Below, piece after piece: positions 1-15,775 of a stretch of 64,000 nucleotides of DNA. The stretch comes from the human T2T-CHM13v2.0 reference genome, Homo sapiens: assembly GCF_009914755.1 (NCBI RefSeq), contig NC_060925.1; one strand, 5' to 3'. The position numbers were made by a program, and so were the translations under genes. The notes below the pieces were generated by a model that saw only the letters and a list, made by a program, of their open reading frames with translations, searched no databases and was not told the origin of the DNA. Within the stretch, counting starts at the first letter, position 1; each line of letters begins with the position of its first letter.

Positions 1-829
1 GAGTTCTTTTAGACCACAGTTCTTACCAAATAATTAAATTGGCTATCCCCAGTTTAATACATCTCTTCCGCATTGCTTCAACATAGCTTTTAGCAAAATG
101 ACAGGAGTAAATGAGGAAATCTATAGACCAACCAGAGTCTCCTTTCCACCTTGCCTTACATAGTTTCCAGATGACATGACTGTATGTTTTTGCCGTTTCC
201 TCCATCATGCCAAACGGTCTAGAGAAGTTCCTGCTGCCAGTGCAGCGACTACTCCTACTGTTCTCAATAATGAGTATGCTGCCTGCTGGCTTTGTCTGTA
301 ATTTGAAGATGTAAAAGCAGGATCCTTTCTAGGGATCTTCCCTCTACCATCACCTTCACAGTATTTAGCAGCCTTTCCTTAAACACTGGGGAATTTGTTT
401 TCTATTCTCTTAGTTGTTTTTAAATAATTTCTAAAAAGAGATTAGGGGAGGGCTGGGTTTACCATTTTAAAACTGGAAGTCCTACGTTACTTCTTTCTTC
501 TGTTAGTTTTGTTTACAATTTCAAATAATATACCACTATTTCTCAATCCAGTGTAAGATGAAGGATATTAATAGCATTACCGTTCTTTAAAATTTCAGTC
601 AATTGAATGTTTACATTGTTAGGTTGTTAATATTTATATTCTATTCTGAGCAAGTCTGGCTATCGGTTGTCTCTGAAAGTTGAAAACAGTGTTTATGTTA
701 TTCTCATTAGGTTTAAAGATGAGTGAGTTGATAGAGTGTCTTGATCTCAGTAAGACTATTTTCAGTACCAACAACATTTTGAAAACAGCAGTAACACACT
801 TGGAACCTTTTAAAAAAGGAGAAGTTTGA

Positions 830-2255
<1,426 letters not shown>

Positions 2256-2398
2256 AGTAAGCAGTTAATTTTAAAGCCGTAAGCCAAAATTTAAAAACTG
2301 CATATGAGCATATCATTTTTAGAAACAGAAGAAAATAGTACTTTAAAAATTGAAATGAAGATACTATATATGTGTTTTCAATAGAGCAGGGAACTTAC

Positions 2399-2485
2399 TT
2401 TAATGAAGCAAAAACGCACAAACTTCTCAAACTGTGATTTAGTCTCTGAGTTACAGAATGCTGAAACGGGGATGGCTGATAGTTT
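2399..2485 (-). CDS. KYAT3: KYAT3 coding exon 13 (KLSAIPVSAFCNSETKSQFEKFVRFCFIK); final exon lies left of the window
   Basis: ttttcag acceptor and gtaagt donor; 87 nt, phase 0/0; contains the VRFCF motif with the substrate-carboxylate Arg of class I aminotransferases. Confidence 0.95.
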
Positions 2486-2743
2486 CTGAAAAATAAATAG
2501 AAACATATAATAAGAAAACTACTTACACTTCAAATATTAATTTTGGTACTACAGATACTAGAGGCAACTAGATACTTTTAAATAGTCACAATAATTTCCA
2601 AAAAGAAAAATGCTTTTAAAAGCCACAAGTGGAGTATCATATAACAACATTACATTTGATCGATTTCAAAGCATACCAGCAGATTTCCTTCAAAAATTAA
2701 CTATAAAATATAACAGAATCTTGCAAAGAACAATAAACATTAC

Positions 2744-2817
2744 CTTATGTTTAGTCATCCATTTCACAAACTTATAGTCATAAGGCTCATTATTCTTCAT
2801 ATCAGAGAGGTCTGGAT
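2744..2817 (-). CDS. KYAT3: KYAT3 coding exon 12 ((D)PDLSDMKNNEPYDYKFVKWMTKHK)
   Basis: ttttag acceptor, gtaatg donor; 74 nt, phase 1/0; overlaps ORF 2690-2878. Confidence 0.95.
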
Positions 2818-4232
2818 CTAAAACCACAATGAAAATTAGGTGGCCTATGAATTTCATCTGATGCAACATGTATTTCATTTAAGTCTATCAAGATTCAACA
2901 TTTTCTCCTATTTAAATTAGCTTGGTTTAGAATTTTCTCAGAACATAGTCACAGAATATGCTGGAGTCTCACACTGTACGGTGGGGTGGGAAGTGAATTC
3001 ACAGAGCTTTACTGATAGTCTAAGGCAGTACTCACATATACATCAGGGTGATTAGGCTTATACGTGCAGCTTTCAGCACAGGAAGAGAGTAGAAAAGGTG
3101 AAGGGCAGAGGAGGGATGCCTTTCCATTGAGAAATAAGACTCTATGATCATTACTAAGGAAATAACTGCTAAATTTTTAAGTATTCATCAGTAAGATTAT
3201 ATCTCCACATAGCCACTCATTCGACTATAAGTTCCACAAAAGTAAAGTGTCTGTTTGGTAACCTATCGTATTCCCAACCCCTAGGTCAGTGTCTAGCACA
3301 TAAGTGACAAAAAGTATATTTGTTGAATGGATAAATTAATATTATGCATTATTTATAAATACAGGATATCTGTTTAGATCTTCCAAATGCTACTCTTATT
3401 TTTCATCTCTTGCTCCCATATATTATACCTTTTTTTAAATTTGTGAAAAAGTCAAATATATACTCCTGTTTGCTCTTGCCTCAATTTTGCTTTAAGGTCT
3501 GGGCAAGATATATCTCTGGCATTCAGTTTCAGCAATCCACATTTCATATTGTTTCAACTTTATTGACTTGTACTCTTTGATCTTCTTGAATGCCCTAAAG
3601 CAACTAATATTGATGGTTATCGTCATCCAGGAAATTTTATAATTTATTGCTGAAAACAAATTGAGGCAGATATCTTACTTCTTTCTTCTATACATTAAAT
3701 ACTAGTGGTTCTTTTCAAATTAATCATGTAAAACCTTTGACACTGAAGAAAGGTTCACCTGTATTTTTAAAACAAAGCCCTAATATCCTTTTACCTGATA
3801 TTTTAATCTCCATTCTCCCCTGTGTTTTAAGGAGAACATAAAATTTCCAAGTAATAATGCCAACAACAAACTGCAATTTATTGAACACTTCTTATTGGTT
3901 AAGCATGTTACATGATCATCTCATTTAGTTGTTACCACAATTCTGAGAGGTAATGATAATCCTCTGTTTACAGATAAGGAAGTTAAATTATTATTTCAAG
4001 GTATTTATATGTAATTCAGGTTTGGCCCTAACAAAAATACCAGCTAAAAAACTTAGTCTAATTGTAAATTATGTAAAAATTCCATGTGACAGGTATACAA
4101 CAGCAGTGTATTGAAGGTACACAGGTAGGCAGAGAAAGGAGTGAATACCTAAGGGAGTAGAAGAGGATTATTGACTAATTCTAATTGACACTGTACTACT
4201 CATTTATTCTTGTAGAGCTTAGACAAAAGGAA

Positions 4233-4537
<305 letters not shown>

Positions 4538-5719
4538 AGAAAAAAGTAACGTAATACCATGATGTTGAAAAAGGAAAGAAGGGAATAAATATAATTATAA
4601 AGGTTTTTTAGTCAGAAGGAATTTGGAATCTATTTCTTTTGACATGCCTCAGCCAGACATCCTCAAGGGAACTAAAGTCTTTCTTTATTGACAGTAAGAG
4701 TTTAAATCAAATGTGTGAGCATATCTAAGTAATCTATGAAGGCCCAAATTTGTTTTTGCATTCTTACTATCTCCTCCATAATTTTGGATCCTATTATTTC
4801 ACTAGAAAAACTGTAATAATCTCATTTGAAATCTTGTCTTCTAATTACTGGATTCAGAGGCCAGCTTTGATACTTATTAGTTGATTAACTTCAGTAAATT
4901 ACTTGATTCTCTATCTCCTCTTCTCTATCAATAGTGATATAATAGCACCAATTTCATATAGCTTTTGTGAGAATATATTTGCAAAGCTCCTAATGTAATT
5001 CATACTGTATCATAAATTCTCAATAAATATTAACTAGTCAGCCCTTGCTATTAATTGTAAAGGGAAGTCATTACTATTTTCATGAATATTATGGTTTACT
5101 TTTATTCTCAAGCTACGATTAAATAAGAGTTTTTGTTTTTATCTCTAGTTTATGGGCCAACTTTTAGTATATGGAAGAATTATCACATTGCAAATGAAGC
5201 AGATGAAAAGGTAAAACAAAACATAAATTTCTTTATATGTAGGAAGGTTTTGTGGACATTAACATTTTTCCACGAGTGAAGGAAGACCATAAAAAAAATC
5301 TTGTTTTCATTATCAGAAAAGCTTTCCTAACCAAAATCCTTTTTGCTCCTATTATCACCACACTAGTTCAAGATCTAAGACCTAAATTAGTATTGCATAT
5401 AGAATGGATTGACTGAGGAAAGAAATGGAAACTAATTAGGAGCTTAATGTAATATTCTGAGTTTTATCACTGTTCTTTTGATAGTTAATGTCACAATGTG
5501 ATAAATCGAGTTTCATATCTGGAAAAGTTTGGTTCCAGGAAAGAATTGTTCTTATCTAAAAAGCTAAGTTTCTTTTTATTCAAAAACTACGCAACTAATT
5601 TCATTTTTCTGTTTGCCTTTACTGTCAGGAAGTTTAGTCTCAAGTTAATGCTAATTACAATACTATGTGAACCTAGGTGACTGAAATATTTGCTTTCTTT
5701 CCCTCCTATGTGTAACTGA

Positions 5720-5925
<206 letters not shown>

Positions 5926-6367
5926 TGAGAAGGCTCACATTCCTTTTGGAAGCATATAAAGTACAAATGTTGTTCTTTTAAAAAAATAATAATTCATATG
6001 GAAATCTTGGGGATTTATGATTCAAAGGCAAAAATATAAGTGATGACAACTGTGCTAATTTTTTTTATCATTTCATAAAATGAACTGCACATTTAGACTC
6101 AATATAGAAAAAGCACTTCCCAAATCTCAGAGTCTAGAACACCTTAAGAGGTTCTATATAAGCATAGAGCTTGGGAGCCTGCTAAATACAGCTCTATGGC
6201 AATAGCACTGCAGGAATCTTTGCTTGTCAAAGCCTCTTCTCTCACAACAAATGAAGAAATAAGCTAATGTGAAAGGAAGGAGAGTGTTTCAGTTTGAGCC
6301 AAACCTCATGTAATGAATTCTTATGACTGTATGTTGTCTTGGCATCCATTGTGAATATAAGTTGGTC

Positions 6368-7117
6368 TTTCTTATACCAGAAGCAGGGCTTAGTCACCCT
6401 TGACACAATTTCCACTTCTCTTCCTCCTCACAGTTCCTCAATGTAGTTGATTCAGATATCTGCCTGAGACAACCACCTCCTGGCGAGCACCTCACTGTGG
6501 TACAGCTAGATACAACCTACTTGACTCGCCCACTGACCCCCACCCTCCTCATGGACTGCCTAGATATGCCACAGTGACCACCTCTCAGTCACAGCCTGAC
6601 ACCATGAGCTTGTGCCTGCTCGCTCTAAACCCATCTGTTAGAAGTCTCTGCAGGAAACCTGCTTGGGTAACACCTTGGGCCCCCAAAAAGGCTTTGGCCC
6701 ACAGATCCCACTCTCTCTCTGTTCCCCACCTGCTGGTTGAGTGTGTATATCCTGGACCACTCCTCACTTCCCATTGGTCCCGGGAGGCCTGCTGCCTCTT
6801 CTGTGTCCCAACTGACCAACACACCGGAACCTAACTCTCCTCCTCCTAGAGAGTGGCTATCTCTGTGGAAATAAACTGGATACAGGTCAGATGAGAGCCA
6901 CAAGGATGTCTGCCAGTATAAACCAGTTTCCAGGGATGTCTGGTCATGGGTCAGACACTTAACATCAGGCCATCTGCCAGGATAAACAAGTAGCCCATGA
7001 AAGGCACACTGCAAACATCCAGGACCTCCCCTGGAGCCCCATCAGGGAACAGCTAGAGTTTACAGCCACTTTCCAGAGAGACAGACCTGAAGACCAAATT
7101 ATAGGAAAATCATAACA
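6368..7117 (+). mobile_element. Solo ERV LTR (MER54/MER73-like, family tentative)
   Basis: ~750 bp GC-richer block starting ttcttataccagaagcagggcttagtcacc and ending ...cataaca. Confidence 0.6.
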
Positions 7118-7205
7118 CCTTACTTTTCTGAAATTTGCTAAGATGATAATGAACTATTACAAGTAAAAATTGCTAGCATCAAATGCTTATAGTAAGAAAG
7201 AACTC

Positions 7206-7571
<366 letters not shown>

Positions 7572-8483
7572 TCAATGTTTTGCTATAAAATTGAAAATTT
7601 CCTTTACTCTTTCCAGCTTTATACAATTTAGTATAAATAAAACACTTCAGTTTTTCAAGTTCATTGGCATATAACTTCATTGTAATAAAATTTTAAAACA
7701 TTTAAAACTATATTTAGAATGGCTGTAATTTCTGTCATGATAAATTAGGCTTCAAGGTTTACTATTACTAATTTTTTTAAAAGAAAAGTTATATATGACA
7801 CATTATCATGCTTCTAACTTTAGATTTGTATGGCATGTCAGAATTACATATAACAGCTTTAGGTAATATAAAAAACAATGCTTTTTGGAAACAGAACTAT
7901 TTAGAATCTAGCTGTGTGACTTCAGGGAAGCTATTTAAAACTTTCTAAATCTTTTTACCTGCAAAAATGGAGCTAATGTTTTCTTCAAAAGGGTGTTTTG
8001 AGTACGTGGCACAAAGTAGACCCTCAATAAGTGTTATTCTCCCATTTATTTTATTTCAGTACATTCTAAAATGGCAAATATTCCCTGATAGCTTCAAAAT
8101 TTCTAGATATTTTTCTAATGAAATAGTACATTTTGTTAAGTAAAAAGGAAACTACAATTTTACTCAAATGAACACTGAGTATATAATATTATTTCACACA
8201 CTTGTGTTTTAAAATTACACACCAGAAGAGAGTGATAGCAAATCCTATGTTTAATAGACTAACTAGAACAACACTGACTCCATAACCATTTAACAATGGT
8301 CACATTTAAGGTAAAAGGCCTAAAAGTAAAGATAATTATAGAAAATGTAGACATTGCAAAAATCCATCCTTCTCCACAGATAAAATGCTGCTGTGGCTTT
8401 GACACCAATCTTTTCTCCATAATTCTGATATAATTTCACACATAAGTTTCCGTATAGTTGAAATAATAAAAGCCTTTACAAAC

Positions 8484-8670
8484 CTAGCAAAGACACATCA
8501 GCGATGATGAAGTATCCTCCATCAGGAACTATGGGTTTTAGGCCAACACTTTCAAGTAAACGTACCATCCGATCTCTTTTTACTTCTAACTCTTTTGGCA
8601 AAGAATTAAAGTAACATTCTGGGTCATCCATGCGCTTGATGTCAATCCAGAAAGCTTGAGCCAAGGCTTC
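8484..8670 (-). CDS. KYAT3: KYAT3 coding exon 11 (EALAQAFW...PDGGYFIIADVSLL)
   Basis: acag acceptor, gtttgt donor; 187 nt, phase 0/1; PxGGYF motif; ORF 8476-8712. Confidence 0.95.
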
Positions 8671-9282
8671 CTGTTTGTTAAGAATCAAAAAATATGAAAA
8701 GGCATATGGCAATGTTATTTATTGCTTAGTTTATTGGTATAATAAATAGAGATGATCTGAGTAAAATTATTGGCAAAGAAGTCACTCAGGAAATAACAGT
8801 TGAATTCCTGTGAACCTATATTAAACTCTATAGGTTAATGGAGGAATCAGTTATACCTAAATGATTAAATCTCATGTGAAGAACTGAGAAGGAGTCCTGA
8901 AAATTCAAATTGAAAAAGAGCTGTTACTTAAAGGTGGCTTGCTTGGAAACAAAAAGACATTAAGATATTTTCTGCTGAGGTGAGTTGTAGAATGACTTGC
9001 TAAATCTAAGTCAGAAGAACAACCAGAGAGTAGTCAGCCTCTCACCATTACATTTGGGGACAGAGTGGAAATGAAAGCTCACCTACTGTGCAAAGGAGAA
9101 ATGTGCCTTTCTTATTCTCCATAGGTGTGGAAATCCTTGCTGGAATTATTCATATGCCAGGAAGTTGGTCAAAGTGTAAGAGGGACTAGAAATGAGTTTC
9201 TGGAACATCTACAGTAATTCCTCTATCTTTCTTCAAGAGCCAGGACAGCAAACTGGGCCAAGGAAAAAGCCAATGTTGTTAA

Positions 9283-9608
<326 letters not shown>

Positions 9609-9964
9609 TAAGGACCAGGCAGGTAAGAGAGACTGTGTGGCAAGAGATGAGACTGGAGACAGAGAGGGGCAAGATCACAGAGATTTTATGCCAAAAGAAT
9701 GCAGTAAAACAGAATTAGTAATAAATCTCCAGTACTACAAAATCTTGGAAAATAAGGATCGATTGCCTTAGCCTGGAAATCTGTGGTTTCCTGGAACCAA
9801 ACATGGTTGTCCCAGGACAAAACAGAGCACCTAGCTGAAATGGAGAATAAGAGTGTTCAGAAAAAGATGTTCTGCATTCTTAGCTATATCTTTTTTTTTT
9901 TTTCTCTTGGCAACTTGTTCATTTACTATAGGAGATACTGCCTTAGAAAATTCCAAGTATAAGG

Positions 9965-10610
9965 AGACATAAACATCCATCCTAACTACAGCATTATCCT
10001 GGACTCCTTTCTTTTTCACATATCCCATATGTAACCTATTGACAAATAATGTTGGCTCTACTTTCAAAATATATTCAGAGTCCAATCACTTTTTACTGCT
10101 TCTACCACCCCCATCTTTGTTCAATGCACTGGCATTTCTCTCTTGGATCACTGTAACAGCTTTCTCACTCAATGAGGCAGTCAGAGTCCATTTGCTAACA
10201 CAAGCCAGACCAAGTCACTCCTGAGTTCAAAACTCTCTAGTGACTTCCTATCTCACTCAGTCCTTACAGTGACATGCATGCCCCAGCTCCATTGGACTCC
10301 CAGCTACCTCTCTGATCTTAGCTTTTCCTACTCTTCTCTCAATCATTCCATTCCAGTCTCTGTGCTGTTCTCTGATATTAACATGCCAGCCAGGCTGTCT
10401 ACCACTGGGCCTTTCCGCTTGTTCTCTCTGTCCAAAGGGGTTTTTCTCTAGGTAACCATGTGGCTGCTTAATCCCCTTCAGTTAGTTGTTCAAATGTTAC
10501 CTTATCAGGGAGGCTTTCAAAGATTACCCTATTTAACACTGTATATCTCCCACCTGGAGCTTTATATCCTTCCTCTTCCCTATTTTATCTTTCTTCTTCA
10601 TATCTATCAA
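9965..10610 (+). mobile_element. L2 fragment
   Basis: Degenerate L2 3'-region motifs (ctctactttcaaaatatattcagag, ttcaaatgttacc). Confidence 0.55.
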
Positions 10611-10613
10611 CAT

Positions 10614-10988
<375 letters not shown>

Positions 10989-11169
10989 TAGAATGATGGT
11001 AACTAAATCCCTATTTCCATAATATATATTAAAAATATTAAATATTAAATAATATTTAAATAGTTTTTCTTTTTTACTTTATGATGTATTCTAGAAATCT
11101 TTTTTATCTCAGTACAGTAATTATAGTATTTCCCTATTTTCTTTCTTGTTTCTTTTCTCTTTAGCAGCC

Positions 11170-11578
11170 AGTAGACAGAGTAATGGGTCCCAATGACTTC
11201 TAGGTCTTAAAACCCAGAACTTGTAAATATGTTACCTTGCATGGTGAAAGGAACTTTGCAGATGTGATTGAAATTAAGGAGATTATCCTTAATTAATTGG
11301 ACAGATTATCCATTGGGCCCAATGTTATCTCAAAGGTGCTTATAAGGGAAAAAGGGAGGCAGGAGGGTTGAAGCCACAGGAAATGTGTTGACGGAAGCAG
11401 AGGATAGACTCTCCTAGAGCCTTCAGAAGGAACACAGCAATGCCAGCACCTTGATTTTAGCCCTTTAAGACCCATTTCTGACTTCTGAGCTGAAGAACCG
11501 TAGGATAATAAATTTGTGTTGTTTTAAGTCACTAAGTTTGTGGTAATTTGTTATAGCACCAGTAGGAAACTTAATATG
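11170..11578 (+). mobile_element. MaLR LTR (MLT1D-like)
   Basis: ctagagccttcagaaggaacacag...aataaatttgtgttgttttaagtcactaagtttgtggtaatttg. Confidence 0.7.
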
Positions 11579-11712
11579 GTCATATAACATTTCAATGTTT
11601 GGATAGATCATGGTTTATGTAATCAATCGTCTGTAGATGATAATGGATTCTCCTCAATCATCTGCAATGAATAGCCAGGTAAGTACGTAACTTCTTACAT
11701 GTGCAGATAGCT

Positions 11713-12125
11713 TGATATGGTTTGGATCTGTGTCTTCATCCAAATCTAGTGTCCAGTTGTAATCCTCAATGTTGGAGGTGGGGCCTGGTGGGAGGTGATT
11801 GGATCATGGGAGTGGTTTCTCATGAATGGTTTAGCACCATCCCCTTGATGCTGTTCTCATGAGAGTGAGTTATTGTGAGATACGGTTGTTTAAAAGTGTG
11901 TTGCACCTCCCCACTTCTCTCCCTCCTGCTCCAGCCCTGTGAGACATGCCTACTCCCTCTTTGCCTTCCACCATTATTGTAAGTTTTCTAAGGCCTCTCC
12001 AGAAGCAGAAGCCACTATGCTTTCTGTACAGCCTGTAGAACCATGAGCCAAGTAAACCTCTTTTCTTTATAAATTACTAAGTCTCAGGTATTTCTTTACC
12101 TAAGTGCAAGAACGGACTAAAACAC
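11713..12125 (+). mobile_element. MaLR LTR (MST-like)
   Basis: tgatatggtttggatctgtgtc...gaacggactaaaaca termini. Confidence 0.8.
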
Positions 12126-12455
12126 AACTTTAGGGTAAATTCTTAGAAGATGGATTGCTTTCATGGGGCAAACACATGTGTAATTTTGTTTGGTGTTGCC
12201 ATTGTCCTTCACAGAATTTGTAGCACTTTAGATTCCTGCCAGCAATGTTTAACACAGCTAAAATTGTGTTTAAAAAAAAACCCAAACCATGCTTGATAAC
12301 AGTGAATATGTATCTGCTCCCCAAATTCCAAATTATATTAGAAGGCCCTGCAACAGAAGGATAGAAGGAGAATTAAGTCAATTCAAATATGCAATATAAA
12401 AGTAATACCTTCACCAAAAGACAATGCTTCTACCCTGAGTTACTATAACACTTAC

Positions 12456-12545
12456 CTGTAAAGGAGTTGCACAAGTATAAATCGTGTTTTGTTGAACTGT
12501 CTGTAAATGTTTTATCAAATGATTTGGACCAATGGACCAGCCAAG
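12456..12545 (-). CDS. KYAT3: KYAT3 coding exon 10 (LGWSIGPNHLIKHLQTVQQNTIYTCATPLQ)
   Basis: ttcccag acceptor, gtaagt donor; 90 nt, phase 0/0. Confidence 0.95.
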
Positions 12546-12648
12546 CTGGGAAAGGAAAAGATAAAAGATTTCAGAAAATCTAATTGTATATAACAAATCT
12601 GAGACAGCAGTTTAAACTTAGTGCAATTGTTAAATATATACAATCCTA

Positions 12649-12958
<310 letters not shown>

Positions 12959-13282
12959 GTTCACACTATGAAAGTAGTACAGTATTAGTACTTAGAATCA
13001 TTTCAATGGTGTTCTTTTCAAGGAACAGCTTCCAAATGGAGTCATTAAACTCTGCTTTCATCACTAAGCTCTGCCTTTCTGAAGGTAAACAGCCGGCGAT
13101 CATTATTAGCCTTTTCCTTTCTAATAATTTGCTACTTCTGATATTCTGGAAGATTAAAAACTGGTAACAAAGCTTGTTTGAATTACAGATTAAAGTAACT
13201 CTGAAAGAGGGCCTAAGGGACTTGTAATTAAAACATACAGACTTGATTCTCCAGGCCTAATTTTTGTTTTGATGCTCCCTCC

Positions 13283-13589
13283 TTCTTCTTCTTCTTCTTT
13301 TTTTTTTTTTTGAGACGGAGTTTTGCTCTTGTTGCCCAGACTAGAGTGCAATGGCCGGATCTCGGCTCACTCAACCTCCGCCTCCCAGGTACAGGTGATT
13401 CTCCTGTCTCAGCCTCCCAAGTAGCTGGGATTACAGGCATGCGCCACCACGCCCAGCTAATTTTTTTGTATTTAGTAGAGATGGGGTTCCACCATGTTAG
13501 GCTGGTTGAGAACTCCTGACCTGAGGTGATCTACCCGCCTCGGCCTCCCAAAGTGCTGGGATTACAGGCGTGCGCTACCACGCCTGGCC
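13283..13589 (-). mobile_element. AluS with TSD GATGCTCCCT(c/g)CTTCTT
   Basis: Full dimer; flanking repeats at 13271 and 13590. Confidence 0.9.
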
Positions 13590-13675
13590 GATGCTCCCTG
13601 CTTCTTACCCATGCTCAGGAGAGGTGAGGCTGGAAGAGAATTGGGTTTTAACTGGATAAATTATTGTAATAAATA

Positions 13676-13915
13676 ATACAGTGGTTAAGTGCATGAATTC
13701 TGGAGCCAGACTTCCTGTACAGGCTTGAATTTATTAGCTGGGTAATCTCAGGCAAGTCATTTAACTTCTCTGTGCTTTAGCTCTGTCATCTGTAAAATGA
13801 GGACACTAATCATACCCACCTTATAGTGTGGTTATGAGAATGAAAGAAATTAGTATATGTAAAACATTTAGAACCTGGTATATATTTAGAACCTGCCAAA
13901 ATATTAGCTACTATT
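13676..13915 (+). mobile_element. MIR
   Basis: ggcaagtcatttaacttctctgtgct...atctgtaaaatgagg core. Confidence 0.7.
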
Positions 13916-14144
13916 ATTTTTCTCCTTTTATATTAATATGCAGCAATCTGAACACTTTTTTGCAAAGAAAAAGGTGTCATTAGTTGATCACTTATAAAAG
14001 GGAAAATGACCTAATTTTTCTTATGTTTAAAGAAATAATTAGGTCTCAAAAAGGATAAAACTCAACATGAAAGCCAAATAAGTCAAGAGATAAGCAAAGA
14101 TCACCAGGTATAAAAATCTATATAAACTGAATATGTATGCAATG

Positions 14145-14457
14145 ATTCATTTATTTGTTTACTTATTTATTTCATTATTTTTTTAAAGATGGTCTTGTTC
14201 TGTCTCCAAGTGGCTGGAGTGCAGCTCACAGCAGCCTCAACTTCCTGAGCGCAAGTGATCCTCCCATTTCAGCCTCCCAAGTTGCTGGGACTGCAGGCAT
14301 GCACCACCCTGCCTGGCTAATTTTTAAAAAATGTATTTGTAGAGACAGGGTCTCACCATGTAGCCAAGGTTGGTCTTGAACTCCTGGCCTTAAGTGATCC
14401 TCCTGCCTTAGCCTCCCAAAGTGCTGGGATTACAGGCATGAGCCACCATGCCTGGCC
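14145..14457 (-). mobile_element. AluJ
   Basis: Diverged dimer ending 84 nt from the exon 9 donor. Confidence 0.85.
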
Positions 14458-14540
14458 AGCATTTAAAACACAAACCACTCAACAAAAAATAAATAATATA
14501 CAGGCCTATTTTTAAGCAATTAAATTCTTACTCATCTTAC

Positions 14541-14617
14541 CTTCCAGCCAGTTACACTGAAAGTCTTTCCAGCACTTCCTATTGTTATTGTTCTCTCCCA
14601 CATACCTGGAAAAGTAG
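14541..14617 (-). CDS. KYAT3: KYAT3 coding exon 9 with the PLP-binding Lys (SAGKTFSVTGWK; AAG codon 14565-14567, residue 280 by my count)
   Basis: tttag acceptor, gtaaga donor; 77 nt, phase 1/0; canonical S-x-x-K-x-F-x-x-x-G-W-K PLP motif. Confidence 0.96.
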
Positions 14618-15081
14618 CTAAACAGAGGAGGAAAAAAGGGTAAATATTGTTTTCCAATTAATCACATTTAGTATAATCTAAAAACATAACAAAGATACAT
14701 AAATTCAATGAAAATAAGTGTGTTATAATTTAGCCAGTATAGTTATTTCTAGTTTTTTTTTTAGATAATGTAACTTTAATGCAAAACACAGACGAAAAGT
14801 TTACAATACTGTAATGTTGCACCAAGATAGTATATAAATAGATTTAATAATTTTAAAATTAGTTCTGGGGCAGGAGTGTCAGGGGCACCAGCAGGCAGTG
14901 TTCCAGACTGCCTTAAGTGGCAGCTGTCACAGGAGCTGTAGCATTCAGTGTTCAATGTTAGCAGTGACTGCAGGTTCGATAAAATAGGCCAGTGGCAGGG
15001 CTTAGGTTGTGATCCTGATTATTGTTTAGGCCCCTTTATTTTGCCTATTTTCTGAGTGTATTTCTCCAGGCTTCCTAGAGC

Positions 15082-15775
15082 AATGGCTCTTAAAATGTGA
15101 TCTCACACTAGCAATATCAGCATCACTGGGCAACTTGTAAGAAAGGCAAATCACTGGGCCTCATCCCAGACCTACTGAATCAGAAACTCTGGGAGTGGGA
15201 CCCAGTAATCATGTGTGCACATGTGTGTGTGTGTGTGCATGTGTGTGTGTATGTGTGTATGGGCGTGTGTTTTGCTAACAACTTTATTGGGATATAAATC
15301 CCATAAATTCACCAATTTAAAGTATGCCATTCAGTGATTTTTTTAGTATATCTATAGATCTGTGCAACTATCACCATAACCAATTTCAGAACACTTTTTT
15401 TATCTCAAAAGAAGCCCTGTACCTTTTAGCTATCACTCTTTAATATCCTCATGGCCATTGTGCCTGAATGAAACTTATCAAACACACATATTTTCTCCGT
15501 AAGGAACATCACAGCCTTCTTGCACTTAGGAATACTAGACAGCACTTCAGCACTAGGCTTGGGGGCCATTTTAAACAGCAAAATCACTGTACAGAGAACA
15601 ATTGCTTATAGTGTGAATTGAAACAGAAGCATAATGTTGCCTTGTTTGACCTCGACTGGGAATGTGTGTAGGGTGACTCAAATTTCCCCTTTATTGATTT
15701 TGGAATTACACATATATTTTAGGAAGTAGGCAAATTTGCAAATACAGAACTCAAGAATAATGTGAATTGGCTGTA
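15082..15775. mobile_element. Cluster: MER5A-like (15082-15210), (TG)n (15212-15270), L1M 3' fragment, Tigger-type DNA transposon (~15455-15775)
   Basis: cccagacctactgaatcagaaactct motif; TG repeat; ttgggggccattttaaacagc motif. Confidence 0.6.
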
